DNA of 64,000 bases from Escherichia coli (GTDB lineage Bacteria; Pseudomonadota; Gammaproteobacteria; Enterobacterales; Enterobacteriaceae): NCBI RefSeq assembly GCF_024502345.1, contig NZ_JALDNN010000003.1. One strand, written 5' to 3'. A program made the translations under genes and the position numbers. Under the pieces are notes generated by a model. It saw only the letters and a list, made by a program, of their open reading frames with translations. It did no database searches and had not been told where the DNA came from. Each line of letters opens with the position of its first letter. The first letter of the stretch is position 1. This document shows positions 29,808-39,179 of this stretch, piece after piece.

Positions 29808-31061
29808 ATGCCAGATAAGAGAGAACAAATGACTTATGCATCCCAGGCTGTTAAGCGTACACCACATGAAGTCACTGACCACTTTATAAAAATGGTTCAC
29901 GCTCGTATAGCGGAAGTATCAGGCTGGCGCTATGTATTCGATAGAATACCGGCATTTAAAGACGCTTGTGATAAAGCACCTGGCCAGGTTCCTTGCCCAT
30001 TTAGTGGGGTCGGGAAATCAAAGTTCCGGTTCCGTAAAAAGGACCTCTTTACCGGTTGTGCCATTCACAATGATTTTCCAGTGAATGCATTTTGTGACGG
30101 TATTGATGTATTGGCAGAGTACTACAAGCTGAGCAAGACCCAGACTTGTAAGAAGATCCTGACTGATTTCTTTGGGATGGATTTGTACGCTCCATTAACT
30201 GATGCGGATCTCGAAAGTGAACGTCGTTATAAATCAACAGTTCGTGCAACCGAAACGCTTGACAGCGATGAAGTTGAAAAACGAGGGCGTAAACTTGAAG
30301 TGATATATCACTATACCGGTGAAATCAAACCTGAGAGCCCTGTGTGGGTGTATCTCCGAAATCGAGGTCTTAATCGAGTTCTGAGCAACCTTCCCAAGGA
30401 TTTAGGTCTGAACAAACGACTTTACTACATGGATAAGTCACTGGAAAAACCCACGATTTACCCGGGAATGATCGCAATTTATCGCGATACCCGTGGGCGT
30501 CCTCTGACAATCCACAGAACGTTCGTCGAGTTAAATGGTGATAAGGCACATGTTGAGAATCCGAAACTGATGATGAAACCGCCTGCCGATATGACTGGCG
30601 GCTCAATTCAGCTGTACGATCCACACTTCAATCCAGGTACCCGTACCTGGACGTTAGGTGTGGCTGAAGGCATAGAAAACGCGCTGTCAGTTACTGAAGC
30701 GACTTCAACACCGTGCTGGGCCGCGAGCTCTGCCTGGTGCCTTGAAAACGTTGAAGTGCCGGATAGTCTCCTGCCTCCCCCTGGTGTGAAAGTAATACAG
30801 TTTTACATCTGGGCGGATAAGGATCTTGTGAATACAAAAGGCACTTCCCCGGGAATGGAGTCAGCTAAACGACTTCAGGAACGTATGAAAGAGTTTTTTG
30901 CAAAGCGATATCCCACTTCAGAGCTGACAATTAAAGTCTTTGAACCTGATTTCGATATTCCTGTAGGGAAGAAAGGAGTCGACTGGAACGATGTACTAAA
31001 ATTAACAGGACCGGATGGATTCCCCGTAAAATGGGCTCCTGAATGTCTTGCTCAGCTTTAA
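29808..31061 (+). CDS. Toprim-domain DNA primase-like protein with N-terminal zinc-binding region
   Basis: Cys/His cluster PCPFSGVGKSKF...TGCAIHNDFPVNAFCDG, a Toprim-like acidic motif TLGVAEGIENALSV and a downstream WADKD segment. Confidence 0.55.
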   Translation: MPDKREQMTYASQAVKRTPHEVTDHFIKMVHARIAEVSGWRYVFDRIPAFKDACDKAPGQVPCPFSGVGKSKFRFRKKDLFTGCAIHNDFPVNAFCDGIDVLAEYYKLSKTQTCKKILTDFFGMDLYAPLTDADLESERRYKSTVRATETLDSDEVEKRGRKLEVIYHYTGEIKPESPVWVYLRNRGLNRVLSNLPKDLGLNKRLYYMDKSLEKPTIYPGMIAIYRDTRGRPLTIHRTFVELNGDKAHVENPKLMMKPPADMTGGSIQLYDPHFNPGTRTWTLGVAEGIENALSVTEATSTPCWAASSAWCLENVEVPDSLLPPPGVKVIQFYIWADKDLVNTKGTSPGMESAKRLQERMKEFFAKRYPTSELTIKVFEPDFDIPVGKKGVDWNDVLKLTGPDGFPVKWAPECLAQL

Positions 31062-31335
31062 ATCCGATAACTCCCCCGCCTTTTCAGGCCGGGGGGGGTT
31101 ATCTCTTTAGTGTTTATTTACGTTAAATCCTAAACAGATAATCCGATTTCCTTCGTGAAAATCACCTGTTATTCAGGTTTTTTTTACGGCTGAGATGCTT
31201 GCTCAGTTTAATAAATGTGCGATACAGCTGGCTACGGTCGGTTGTATGACATGGTATATCCATAAAACTTAAAACCCCTGACGGGAGTATTACCGTTAGG
31301 GTGATGCTCATCGTTAAATATCGGAGAGCATTGTT

Positions 31336-31860
31336 ATGAATATTGAAAATCAAGATTTATTTAATACGTTCGCTGCTGTGATTTCATCTCATATCGTTGA
31401 GCAACCATCTTCGTGTTATTACCTTCATGATAATGAAATTGACTTCACGATTTTAAAACACAGCATAATAGATAAAGACAAAAACCTGTTGTACGTTATT
31501 CGTCCTTCAGGAACCTGTTTGTTGCGTTGTGATAAATACTTCTTTCCGAATTACTATCTTACAAGTCGTGGAGATTATAAAGCATTTAAGTATGTGCATT
31601 TTAATCTTGCAACACGAGAAGCGGAAGAAATCACCTGGCAGCAAGCTTTTGAAATTTTGTCCAAGCCGGGAAGACCTCCATTAAGAGGTTCACTTGGTAA
31701 ATTTGATTATTTAAAACTTGTTATTGATGATCTTCGTGCGCGAGGGTATGCCGATTTCCTTCCAGCATACAACCTTGATGGCCTTCGTCACTTTGCAGTA
31801 AAGGATGAGCGACCATCACTTGTCAGTTATATCGACAATGTCATGGCACTTTGCGCATAA
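31336..31860 (+). CDS. Hypothetical protein
   Basis: 174-aa ORF preceded by a leader hairpin. Confidence 0.35.
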   Translation: MNIENQDLFNTFAAVISSHIVEQPSSCYYLHDNEIDFTILKHSIIDKDKNLLYVIRPSGTCLLRCDKYFFPNYYLTSRGDYKAFKYVHFNLATREAEEITWQQAFEILSKPGRPPLRGSLGKFDYLKLVIDDLRARGYADFLPAYNLDGLRHFAVKDERPSLVSYIDNVMALCA

Positions 31861-31937
31861 AGATAACACATATTTTTACTACATCCCTGATGGCACCTCC
31901 CATCGGGGTGGCCCTCAGAGTTGAATCTGGAGGTCTT

Positions 31938-32816
31938 ATGAAATTAGCTACAGATCTGGTCAATGCGGTTCTGATAAAGAATGGCATTGTACCAACTTCC
32001 ATTAATGAGTTGCCTGTAACGTCGCTGGTAAAGCCATTGACACAAGTGCATCTCAGCCTGTATCTGAAAACAACGCATTTATCTCAGTTCGTCCCTGACT
32101 ACGTTGAGTCTCTGAAAGATTGTCCGGTTTCGTATGATATCGGCCTTGAACTTCAGCAGTGTATCAACAGTGCTGAATTGCTCTGTGAAGACATGGAGTC
32201 ACTTGAGTTTATCTCTGTATGGATAGAGCTCTATACGTGTAATTCAAAGCAACAGCGGTTTGAGAAAAGTAACTTTTCTTTTCGAACTGAAGATATCGAG
32301 CTGGCTAAGATGCTGTCTTGCTCGCATGAAATCTTAATAAGTCAGGCGGCTTGTTTCTGGCTTTTGTATTTTGAAGATTTCATGAAATATGTTCGTAATA
32401 GGCTCTGTGCATTACTCAGACAGGTTTTAATTTTGATTGCAGGACTGCGAAATGTATACCTGCAACGGAATGAAGATCAGTTGATTAAGAGAGTTAAGCA
32501 CGGGAATGAAATGCTGGAGGTGACTCTTAAAGCTGTTGCACTATGTTCAATGGAAAGGTATCTGAAATCATATGCCTCTTTACGAACAGAAGCGGCGGCT
32601 TCTGGGTTTATCAAATGCATTCAGTCTTATATCAGTACTGGTTGGAGACATGGCTATATAGTCTGTCAATATTCAAAAAATGGACGGTCTCTTGGTAAGT
32701 CATTACCACTTTTTATAAAAGAGACATCTGAGCATAATATACAGAAACGTGTCAATCGCCTTATATCTTCCACGATTTCGGGGCGAAATAAAGATTTAGG
32801 TCTTTACGATTTCTGA
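31938..32816 (+). CDS. Member 1 of a tandem five-gene paralog family, unknown function
   Basis: Shares the N-terminal pattern (L/I)(V/I)xA(V/F/M)L and the size class with the four following genes; start set at the ATG after the SD CTGGAGG. Confidence 0.45.
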   Translation: MKLATDLVNAVLIKNGIVPTSINELPVTSLVKPLTQVHLSLYLKTTHLSQFVPDYVESLKDCPVSYDIGLELQQCINSAELLCEDMESLEFISVWIELYTCNSKQQRFEKSNFSFRTEDIELAKMLSCSHEILISQAACFWLLYFEDFMKYVRNRLCALLRQVLILIAGLRNVYLQRNEDQLIKRVKHGNEMLEVTLKAVALCSMERYLKSYASLRTEAAASGFIKCIQSYISTGWRHGYIVCQYSKNGRSLGKSLPLFIKETSEHNIQKRVNRLISSTISGRNKDLGLYDF

Positions 32817-32832
32817 TTAACATTACCCATCC

Positions 32833-32869
32833 GGGGATTACATCCCTGATGGGTGTAATCCCATTTTTT
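32833..32869 (+). terminator. Intercistronic hairpin with U-run between paralogs 1 and 2 (attenuator-like; an alternative pairing is possible)
   Basis: GGGGATTACA (32833-32842) pairs with TGTAATCCC (32854-32862) and is followed by T6; alternatively CCCATC (32826-32831) pairs with GATGGG (32848-32853). Confidence 0.45.
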
Positions 32870-32886
32870 ATTTAAGTGAGGATTAC

Positions 32887-33822
32887 ATGAAAATTATTGA
32901 GAAAATCATTAATGCATTTCTGATATCGCGTAAACATTCAGTGAAGGTCAGTAATGTTATCTGCTTGAGTGGCACCGACGGTAAATTTACTGGAATATGC
33001 TGTGACGCCGATGTTTCATTTGATTTTCTTTATTCGTATGCCCCCGCATACAGTTCAACATTTTTAGATATCCCGTTTCCTGGGTTTGAAGACCAGGACA
33101 TCGCGGATTGTGTTAAATGTCAGTTAGATGTAGTTAAAAATAAACGGAATCGGTCTTTTTTAATTGACCATATTAGATTTCCAGTTTCCTCAAGGGAAGG
33201 ATTCACTCTGACACGCGGTGATAGTTACGACGTGACTGAATGTGAATATAATAAGGAACGATTGCTACATCTGACCCGACAAGGACGTTTTTGTGAAGAC
33301 TATCTCACGTTCAAGGATGGCCTGAGTTCCTTCTTTTCATTTGTGAATTTCGAATTACATGAAATAGTGAAGGAAGGTATACGTTTGGCACTTGATGTTT
33401 TAAACAAGATTACATCTGATCAACCAGACCGTCTTATAAAAGACTTTAAGTATCATGATTGCTTCGGCAGTTATAATGTACAAATATTTTCTAAGGGTCT
33501 GCCAGTTGATATCCTTGAAACGATGATTGCACCTGATAGGTTGTTGTCTAACTTGTCAGGTAGTCGTCAGATTATGAAAAATGCAAGTCGCTATCTTAAA
33601 GGCTTTGCCCTCAGTAATCGTGTTTACATGAAATACGGATGGCGTTTAGCAGATGTTGACACATCTGACTATGCGAAAGTTATGTCAGATAGAGAAATGC
33701 ATGCCAGAGATGATCTTAAGGCGTTTTGCAGTGTCTTTTTTAAAGAGTGTTTCGCATCCGGAAAATATGAATACGAAGCATACCTGAGTGAAAGACAACA
33801 CGCGATTCGTAACGGGTATTAA
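32887..33822 (+). CDS. Member 2 of the tandem paralog family
   Basis: N-terminus MKIIEKIINAFL parallels MKAIYKIIEAML of member 3; the C-terminal segment NASRYLKGFALSNRVYMKYGW parallels NHVNRYLSGRVMKRRIYAVIEA. Confidence 0.45.
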   Translation: MKIIEKIINAFLISRKHSVKVSNVICLSGTDGKFTGICCDADVSFDFLYSYAPAYSSTFLDIPFPGFEDQDIADCVKCQLDVVKNKRNRSFLIDHIRFPVSSREGFTLTRGDSYDVTECEYNKERLLHLTRQGRFCEDYLTFKDGLSSFFSFVNFELHEIVKEGIRLALDVLNKITSDQPDRLIKDFKYHDCFGSYNVQIFSKGLPVDILETMIAPDRLLSNLSGSRQIMKNASRYLKGFALSNRVYMKYGWRLADVDTSDYAKVMSDREMHARDDLKAFCSVFFKECFASGKYEYEAYLSERQHAIRNGY

Positions 33823-33899
33823 TACTTATTATCAACTTATCTAATCCCTGAGGGAATTCTTCCCTTGGAGAGGATTCCCTCTTAACCGAGGGCTACAAA

Positions 33900-34820
33900 A
33901 TGAAAGCGATTTATAAAATAATTGAAGCGATGCTGGTGAAAATGGGCTTTGAAGGTGCCGTGATCCAAAGTGTCAATCTGGAAACGGGTGTGATTCAGAG
34001 TCTAGTTGTTAAGGCTGATATTCCTGTCCGGACTTTAATGCCGCATTTAAGGCGATATCTGCGCGATTGTGAGCCTTTATGGGGACATGACGTGGATTAC
34101 CACCCTATAGCACAATATTGCTCAGGAGCTGCGTTGTTGAAGGCTGGGCCGGTCACTCTTGAAACCTTTCGGTTTGAGGTTTCAGTGTCAACTGCTCACC
34201 TGCGGCTTGTGGATATTGAGCCGGACTGTCTAAATGAGGGTGTGAACCGTGAAAAACTGGAGTATGTATATTACCGCTCCAGCAATGCAGACAAGGATCT
34301 AATACTTGGTATGGTTGAAAAAGGACATAATTTTATCAATCATCTGCATGAACTTTTACGCTCGCGCTTATCAACGGCTTTGCCGCTGATTTTCGCAGTT
34401 ACAGAAAAGATTGCGGAGAGTTCAGTTCCACAAGTAGTCACCAGCTTTTTCAGTGTTGACCATCAAATCAATGCCCAGATAGTAGTCGAACCTGTACCCG
34501 TTTCAGTCGCAGACCAGATAATTTCTGCTGACTGGAATGTGTGTAGTGTTTCAGGAGCGGATAAGTTCCTGAACCATGTTAATCGTTATCTGTCGGGTAG
34601 GGTGATGAAGCGGCGTATTTACGCTGTTATAGAAGCTTGCGACGGTGGATCTTTATCCCTCAATGCGAACTTAGGTTGCTTTACATCACCTCTTCTCGTA
34701 ACTGAGTATAAAATGGTTCAGTCACACTCTTCATCGCTTTATCGAAAGGCTATAAATAACTCGCTTAAGCAAGTTAATTCGTATGCTCCAGAGCATTCAG
34801 ATGACCTGCTTTCTATGTAA
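33900..34820 (+). CDS. Member 3 of the tandem paralog family
   Basis: See member 2; similar length of 306 aa. Confidence 0.45.
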   Translation: MKAIYKIIEAMLVKMGFEGAVIQSVNLETGVIQSLVVKADIPVRTLMPHLRRYLRDCEPLWGHDVDYHPIAQYCSGAALLKAGPVTLETFRFEVSVSTAHLRLVDIEPDCLNEGVNREKLEYVYYRSSNADKDLILGMVEKGHNFINHLHELLRSRLSTALPLIFAVTEKIAESSVPQVVTSFFSVDHQINAQIVVEPVPVSVADQIISADWNVCSVSGADKFLNHVNRYLSGRVMKRRIYAVIEACDGGSLSLNANLGCFTSPLLVTEYKMVQSHSSSLYRKAINNSLKQVNSYAPEHSDDLLSM

Positions 34821-34892
34821 TTAATTTTACCCATTGGGGAAGCGTATTCCCCGTGGGGGTTGCTTCCTTTCTTCATTAAAGAGGAAGTGAAT

Positions 34893-35828
34893 ATGTTTAA
34901 TGAAAGTGATGATAAAAACTTTGTTAGTGCAATGCTTAAATGTCAACTTGGCCTGAATATAAGCCAAGAGGATATTACAATATATGACAAAGAAAATCAT
35001 TTTGAACAACTTTCTTTTAAAGCAAATGTGGCGCTTGATGATTTGTTATTTTATCTGGATTTATATATATCAGAATTGATTAAGCATAATGCGCCGTATT
35101 CTGAAACTGAAGTCCTTCGGACTAAAATCAAATACTTTCTTAAAGTATATGAAAAGTCTGGTTTTCAGAACATAAGAATTCGCGGTTATCATAACGCGCA
35201 CAGCACTATAGATATTGTCGATATCGCATCATTAATATTGGCGGGGTCTGTACCGGAGTCTGAACATGATTCAATAGATCCTGTTTTAAGAAAGGAAATC
35301 TATCAAAATCGCATGAGTGTTGAGGGTAAAGTTCTCATTGCCCGTTTTGCACTTAAGCAATTTTTCCATTCTGATTTTGGTGATTTCATCTTAGAGTTCG
35401 AGAAAAGTATCTCCAAGTGTTTGAATACTTCTCTCCAGATAATTAAATCTGTAAAGAACTCATTTAACCGTTTAGGTCAATATCAATATCAGCGTCGTGT
35501 AAAAGATGACCTGACTTTGCATCTTGATTTGAATACAGATGAATACCCGGCCTGTATGCCAGACCTTTACATCGGTTTCAAGGAGTCTGAAGGGACGACG
35601 GGAGTGTATCGCGATGATGAAAAAATCATTCGTCTTTATACTGGCGTTAGTTCCGGAAAGGATGTTCCTGTAATGATGACCGTTCGATTCACTGGCTGTG
35701 ACGGGAGTGTTTTGTCTGAATCATCGCACGGTACTTTCTGTTCCGTGGGACCTACCGGCCGAGTGCAGGTTTGTGACAGAGTTGCGTTGGTCCAAGAAGC
35801 GGTCGAAGAGTTACGGGATGTTGTTTAA
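34893..35828 (+). CDS. Member 4 of the tandem paralog family
   Basis: Clear paralogy with member 5: VEGKVLIARFALKQFFHSDFGDFI versus VDGQVLIARFALEKFWDTHFIGLI, and YQRRVKDDLTLHLDL versus YTRRITDELSLHISL. Confidence 0.5.
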   Translation: MFNESDDKNFVSAMLKCQLGLNISQEDITIYDKENHFEQLSFKANVALDDLLFYLDLYISELIKHNAPYSETEVLRTKIKYFLKVYEKSGFQNIRIRGYHNAHSTIDIVDIASLILAGSVPESEHDSIDPVLRKEIYQNRMSVEGKVLIARFALKQFFHSDFGDFILEFEKSISKCLNTSLQIIKSVKNSFNRLGQYQYQRRVKDDLTLHLDLNTDEYPACMPDLYIGFKESEGTTGVYRDDEKIIRLYTGVSSGKDVPVMMTVRFTGCDGSVLSESSHGTFCSVGPTGRVQVCDRVALVQEAVEELRDVV

Positions 35829-36004
35829 CCCTTGTTTTTTACCTCTTCATTCCAAAAAGTAACTTTGTTCTACCAAATGACCGCGCTACCTATTCTGATC
35901 AACTTGCAGGAAAGAATGGCGCAGTAGTACATATTTTTAATCCACCCACTGGGGAAGTCGCTCCCCTGTGGGGCACTTCCTTTAATAATCCTGAGGAAGT
36001 GAAG

Positions 36005-36961
36005 ATGACTAATTCTACTGATAACCAGAACTACGTTCGTGCAGTACTGGCAGGCATTGGTATTGATTTTGATGAAACAGAGATGTTTATCAGTGTCTCT
36101 CATTGCCAGAGCGACGAAGTTTCGTTTACATGCAGTATATCAGCCAGTGAGTTAAGAGAATCTGCGGGGCATTATGTGGATACTCTTAATGATACCCAAC
36201 TGGCTGGCCTGGATGCGGATGCACTCAAGAAGCGACTGGTTTACTTCCTTGAGGTTTTCGACCTGGTTTCCGGTCAATATCTGGATATTTCCGGTAAACA
36301 TTTCGCGACCAGCCGCTTTGAATACGACGATGTCTGTAGTGAGATCCTGAGTAACTCTGCGGACAGCGCCCAGCCAGGTGGCTATGATCGTGAAGAGTAC
36401 AAAAGACTGATGGAAGTTGATGGTCAGGTTTTAATCGCCCGATTTGCACTGGAAAAATTCTGGGATACGCATTTTATTGGGCTTATCAACTATGTATCAG
36501 ATGAAATAACATCCGGGCTTTATGAGGCTTATCGCACGTTCAGTGATATAAACATGGCCGGTTATACATTTAGTGAGTATTCATATACGCGTCGTATTAC
36601 CGACGAACTTAGTTTGCATATTTCACTTAAAGAGGACGATTTCGAAGAGCAATTAACCGATTGTTATATGGATGAAACAACGCTGCCGTCTGGCAAGGTG
36701 GTTTTACGCCGTAATAATGAATCAATTATTGGGATTTATGAAGGATATGCTTCAAAATCTTACTTTCCTATGGTTGCTAATGTTAGAGTCCTTGATACAG
36801 ATGGTGAAGTTGTTACTGAACTTTACCAAGGGGTGAATGTATCAGAATTAGCTGGTGGTCGGATTAAAATCCATGACCGTCAGGAATTAATTTCTGAGGT
36901 GTTCGCTAACTTACGTGAATTCATCCCAGCATCAGAGGATAAAATCTTTGATGCGGCATGA
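36005..36961 (+). CDS. Member 5 of the tandem paralog family
   Basis: See member 4; start set at the ATG after the SD GAGGAAG. Confidence 0.5.
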   Translation: MTNSTDNQNYVRAVLAGIGIDFDETEMFISVSHCQSDEVSFTCSISASELRESAGHYVDTLNDTQLAGLDADALKKRLVYFLEVFDLVSGQYLDISGKHFATSRFEYDDVCSEILSNSADSAQPGGYDREEYKRLMEVDGQVLIARFALEKFWDTHFIGLINYVSDEITSGLYEAYRTFSDINMAGYTFSEYSYTRRITDELSLHISLKEDDFEEQLTDCYMDETTLPSGKVVLRRNNESIIGIYEGYASKSYFPMVANVRVLDTDGEVVTELYQGVNVSELAGGRIKIHDRQELISEVFANLREFIPASEDKIFDAA

Positions 36962-37005
36962 GTCCTGAAGGTTGAATTATATATTTTCAGGTTTTTATAC
37001 TTCTA

Positions 37006-37038
37006 AGAAGGCACGGTTATCCGTGCCTTTTTTTTTGC
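37006..37038 (+). terminator. Rho-independent terminator ending the paralog array
   Basis: AAGGCACGG-ttat-CCGTGCCTT followed by T9. Confidence 0.55.
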
Positions 37039-37373
37039 TTTCGTCAAAACTTGCATTGATTTCACAATTTTACAACGTTCTTACTGCCCTATATGTTTTA
37101 CGGTACTGTACTCTTGGCACCGTTACATGTAAGCCTTCCATTACCTTCTTCAACCAAACCTAGCCTAATTTACATCCTTCCAGCTGTTTCCTTCTCTGCT
37201 TCTTTTACTCGAATGTTTTGCCCCTTGCTGACGTTTCCGGCAGCACACAGTCCGAATGCTGGAGCCTCCAAATTACTTTTTACTTCTTTTGTTTCGGTTT
37301 CGCGAAAATAGGTCTCTTATCTGAAAAATGGATCGTTAGAGATTTGTATACTGTTTAAAACAAAGGAGTCACT

Positions 37374-37643
37374 ATGCCTGCCACTACAATCCTGAGCAAT
37401 AACCCTGTGAATTCGGTCTTCTCTAATGACAATAGCCATTTCACATACCGGCATATTGATTTCAGTATTGAGCTACTGCTTTCTTCAGGAACTGACTCAC
37501 AACTGGAATATCTGTTTCTCAAACCGGCGGCTGAAGTAAAGATCGATTTACAGCGCCGTTTAGCTAGTGGGGAACGTTACGTTACAACCGAGAGTTGTGA
37601 CAATTTTAGCGAAGTTGATGGCTGCATGGGACACGATTGCTGA
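37374..37643 (+). CDS. Hypothetical protein
   Basis: 89-aa ORF; no motif recognised. Confidence 0.25.
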   Translation: MPATTILSNNPVNSVFSNDNSHFTYRHIDFSIELLLSSGTDSQLEYLFLKPAAEVKIDLQRRLASGERYVTTESCDNFSEVDGCMGHDC

Positions 37644-37697
37644 GGACTTTATAACGGCAGGCGTCCGATTTAAAACAACACGAGACACTATCACCTA

Positions 37698-38288
37698 ATG
37701 ATGACTGAATCGTTCTTTGACTGGGTTGTGTATTGCATCACAGGCGTAATACTGGCATCTGCGTTCCTCGAAGGAAAAAGAACCCGTTTTCCGGCTGCAT
37801 TTTTTTACGGAAGCATTGTGCTGCTGGTCGTTTTGATAGTGGCCGGTGCCCTCAACTGGTGGTTCTACCGTTCTAAATTCGGCTCAGTTGTCGTTATTTT
37901 TGCCGCGACAACGCTGTTAATGACCCGATTCAGATTGGTTATTTATGCGTTCAGGTTTCGGACGCTGGTGGCAGATCTCCAATCACATGTAGCCAAGGGA
38001 TTCAGGATAATCCTTGTCTTACCCGAAAATGAAGACGAGAAGACCGTTTTGCTTAGCAAATTGTCGAAAGTGATACATTCTGGGACGTTGTTTTATACCC
38101 GAACTGCTCTGGGTCCATATTCTGGGGATCTCCTGCATGCTCTGGGACAAAAGCACCGAAATGGCGAGGGCTATCTGCTTCTTTGTGAGCAACAACTTCC
38201 GGCTCGAACCTGGCTAAGCACTGTAGAAAACGGTCAACCAGAGAAGTCTATTGCAGTTAATTTTCATTCGATCCCTGATATGGAGTGA
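37698..38288 (+). CDS. Hypothetical membrane protein
   Basis: Several N-terminal hydrophobic helices. Confidence 0.35.
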   Translation: MMTESFFDWVVYCITGVILASAFLEGKRTRFPAAFFYGSIVLLVVLIVAGALNWWFYRSKFGSVVVIFAATTLLMTRFRLVIYAFRFRTLVADLQSHVAKGFRIILVLPENEDEKTVLLSKLSKVIHSGTLFYTRTALGPYSGDLLHALGQKHRNGEGYLLLCEQQLPARTWLSTVENGQPEKSIAVNFHSIPDME

Positions 38289-38295
38289 TACCCCT

Positions 38296-38553
38296 ATGAG
38301 CAATACAGATTCACAGACCGTACCAGCTGATGCCCTGTGTGAAAACAGTTCTCAGGTGAAAATTCAGCTAAGTCGAAGCGCCTCACGAGCATTGACGACG
38401 GCGAAAGAAATTCTTGAAACCCGAGGGCTGGTATCCGTATCCACTGAAGACCTTGTTCAGGCCTGTCTCGAAGAAAATCAGCCACTCGACCTGGCAAGTA
38501 TCTATCTTGAGCACCGGCTAAAACAGAAGGGAACCAGTATCTGTGAATTTTAG
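38296..38553 (+). CDS. Small hypothetical protein
   Basis: 85-aa ORF starting at ATG 38296 (MSNTDSQ). Confidence 0.3.
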   Translation: MSNTDSQTVPADALCENSSQVKIQLSRSASRALTTAKEILETRGLVSVSTEDLVQACLEENQPLDLASIYLEHRLKQKGTSICEF

Positions 38554-38626
38554 TGTTTTCCAACCTATTGGGGAAATTCCGGAATGTGTTTATATAGCTG
38601 TAAGTAAAGCACTCTACAGGTAAATA

Positions 38627-39163
38627 ATGAAAAGCAAAATTCACTCTTCAGGAACGTCCGGCACGAAACGAGTACTTAAAACGGATATTGCGTTGCCTCT
38701 GCTTTGTTGGGTGTTCACCAGTCCATTCAGTAACTGGACTGATAAGTTTTTTACCGGCACAGAAGTGCCGGAGGGCTCGCTGCCGGGTCTAGAACAGGCG
38801 CCTGAGGCTATCTTCCGATTTGTGCTCAATGACGAAGGTTTTGATGTTGGTTTTGACGCGGTGGGAATGGATCTCTGTTGTTTCTCTATCCCGCTTTCGA
38901 CGATGCCCACAAAGAATCTGGACGACGAAGAGACGTTGTCGAGGCTTACCGGCGACGTGATACACGGCGTCCTGCTTTCGCTTCCGGAGTACATTGAAAT
39001 GCCAGACAGGCTGGTCTATCAGCTAACTGATGAGGTCATGGCGTTCAATTCACACTGTGGCAACGGAATTCTACATGGATGGACGACGGCTCAAGAGTTG
39101 TGGCGAAACGAGATCCTGCCACGCACCACTATTTTGATGCAGCAGACATCAGTCATTCACTGA
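38627..39163 (+). CDS. Hypothetical protein
   Basis: 178-aa ORF preceded by a leader-hairpin variant at 38563-38590. Confidence 0.35.
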   Translation: MKSKIHSSGTSGTKRVLKTDIALPLLCWVFTSPFSNWTDKFFTGTEVPEGSLPGLEQAPEAIFRFVLNDEGFDVGFDAVGMDLCCFSIPLSTMPTKNLDDEETLSRLTGDVIHGVLLSLPEYIEMPDRLVYQLTDEVMAFNSHCGNGILHGWTTAQELWRNEILPRTTILMQQTSVIH

Positions 39164-39179
39164 GTTCCGGGGGCTCTGG

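Noticed and set aside
23241-36004. Possible CRISPR array (repeated GC-rich hairpins at regular-looking intervals)
   Set aside because: The repeats are degenerate, irregularly spaced by about 0.3-2 kb, and separated by full-length protein-coding genes rather than short unique spacers.
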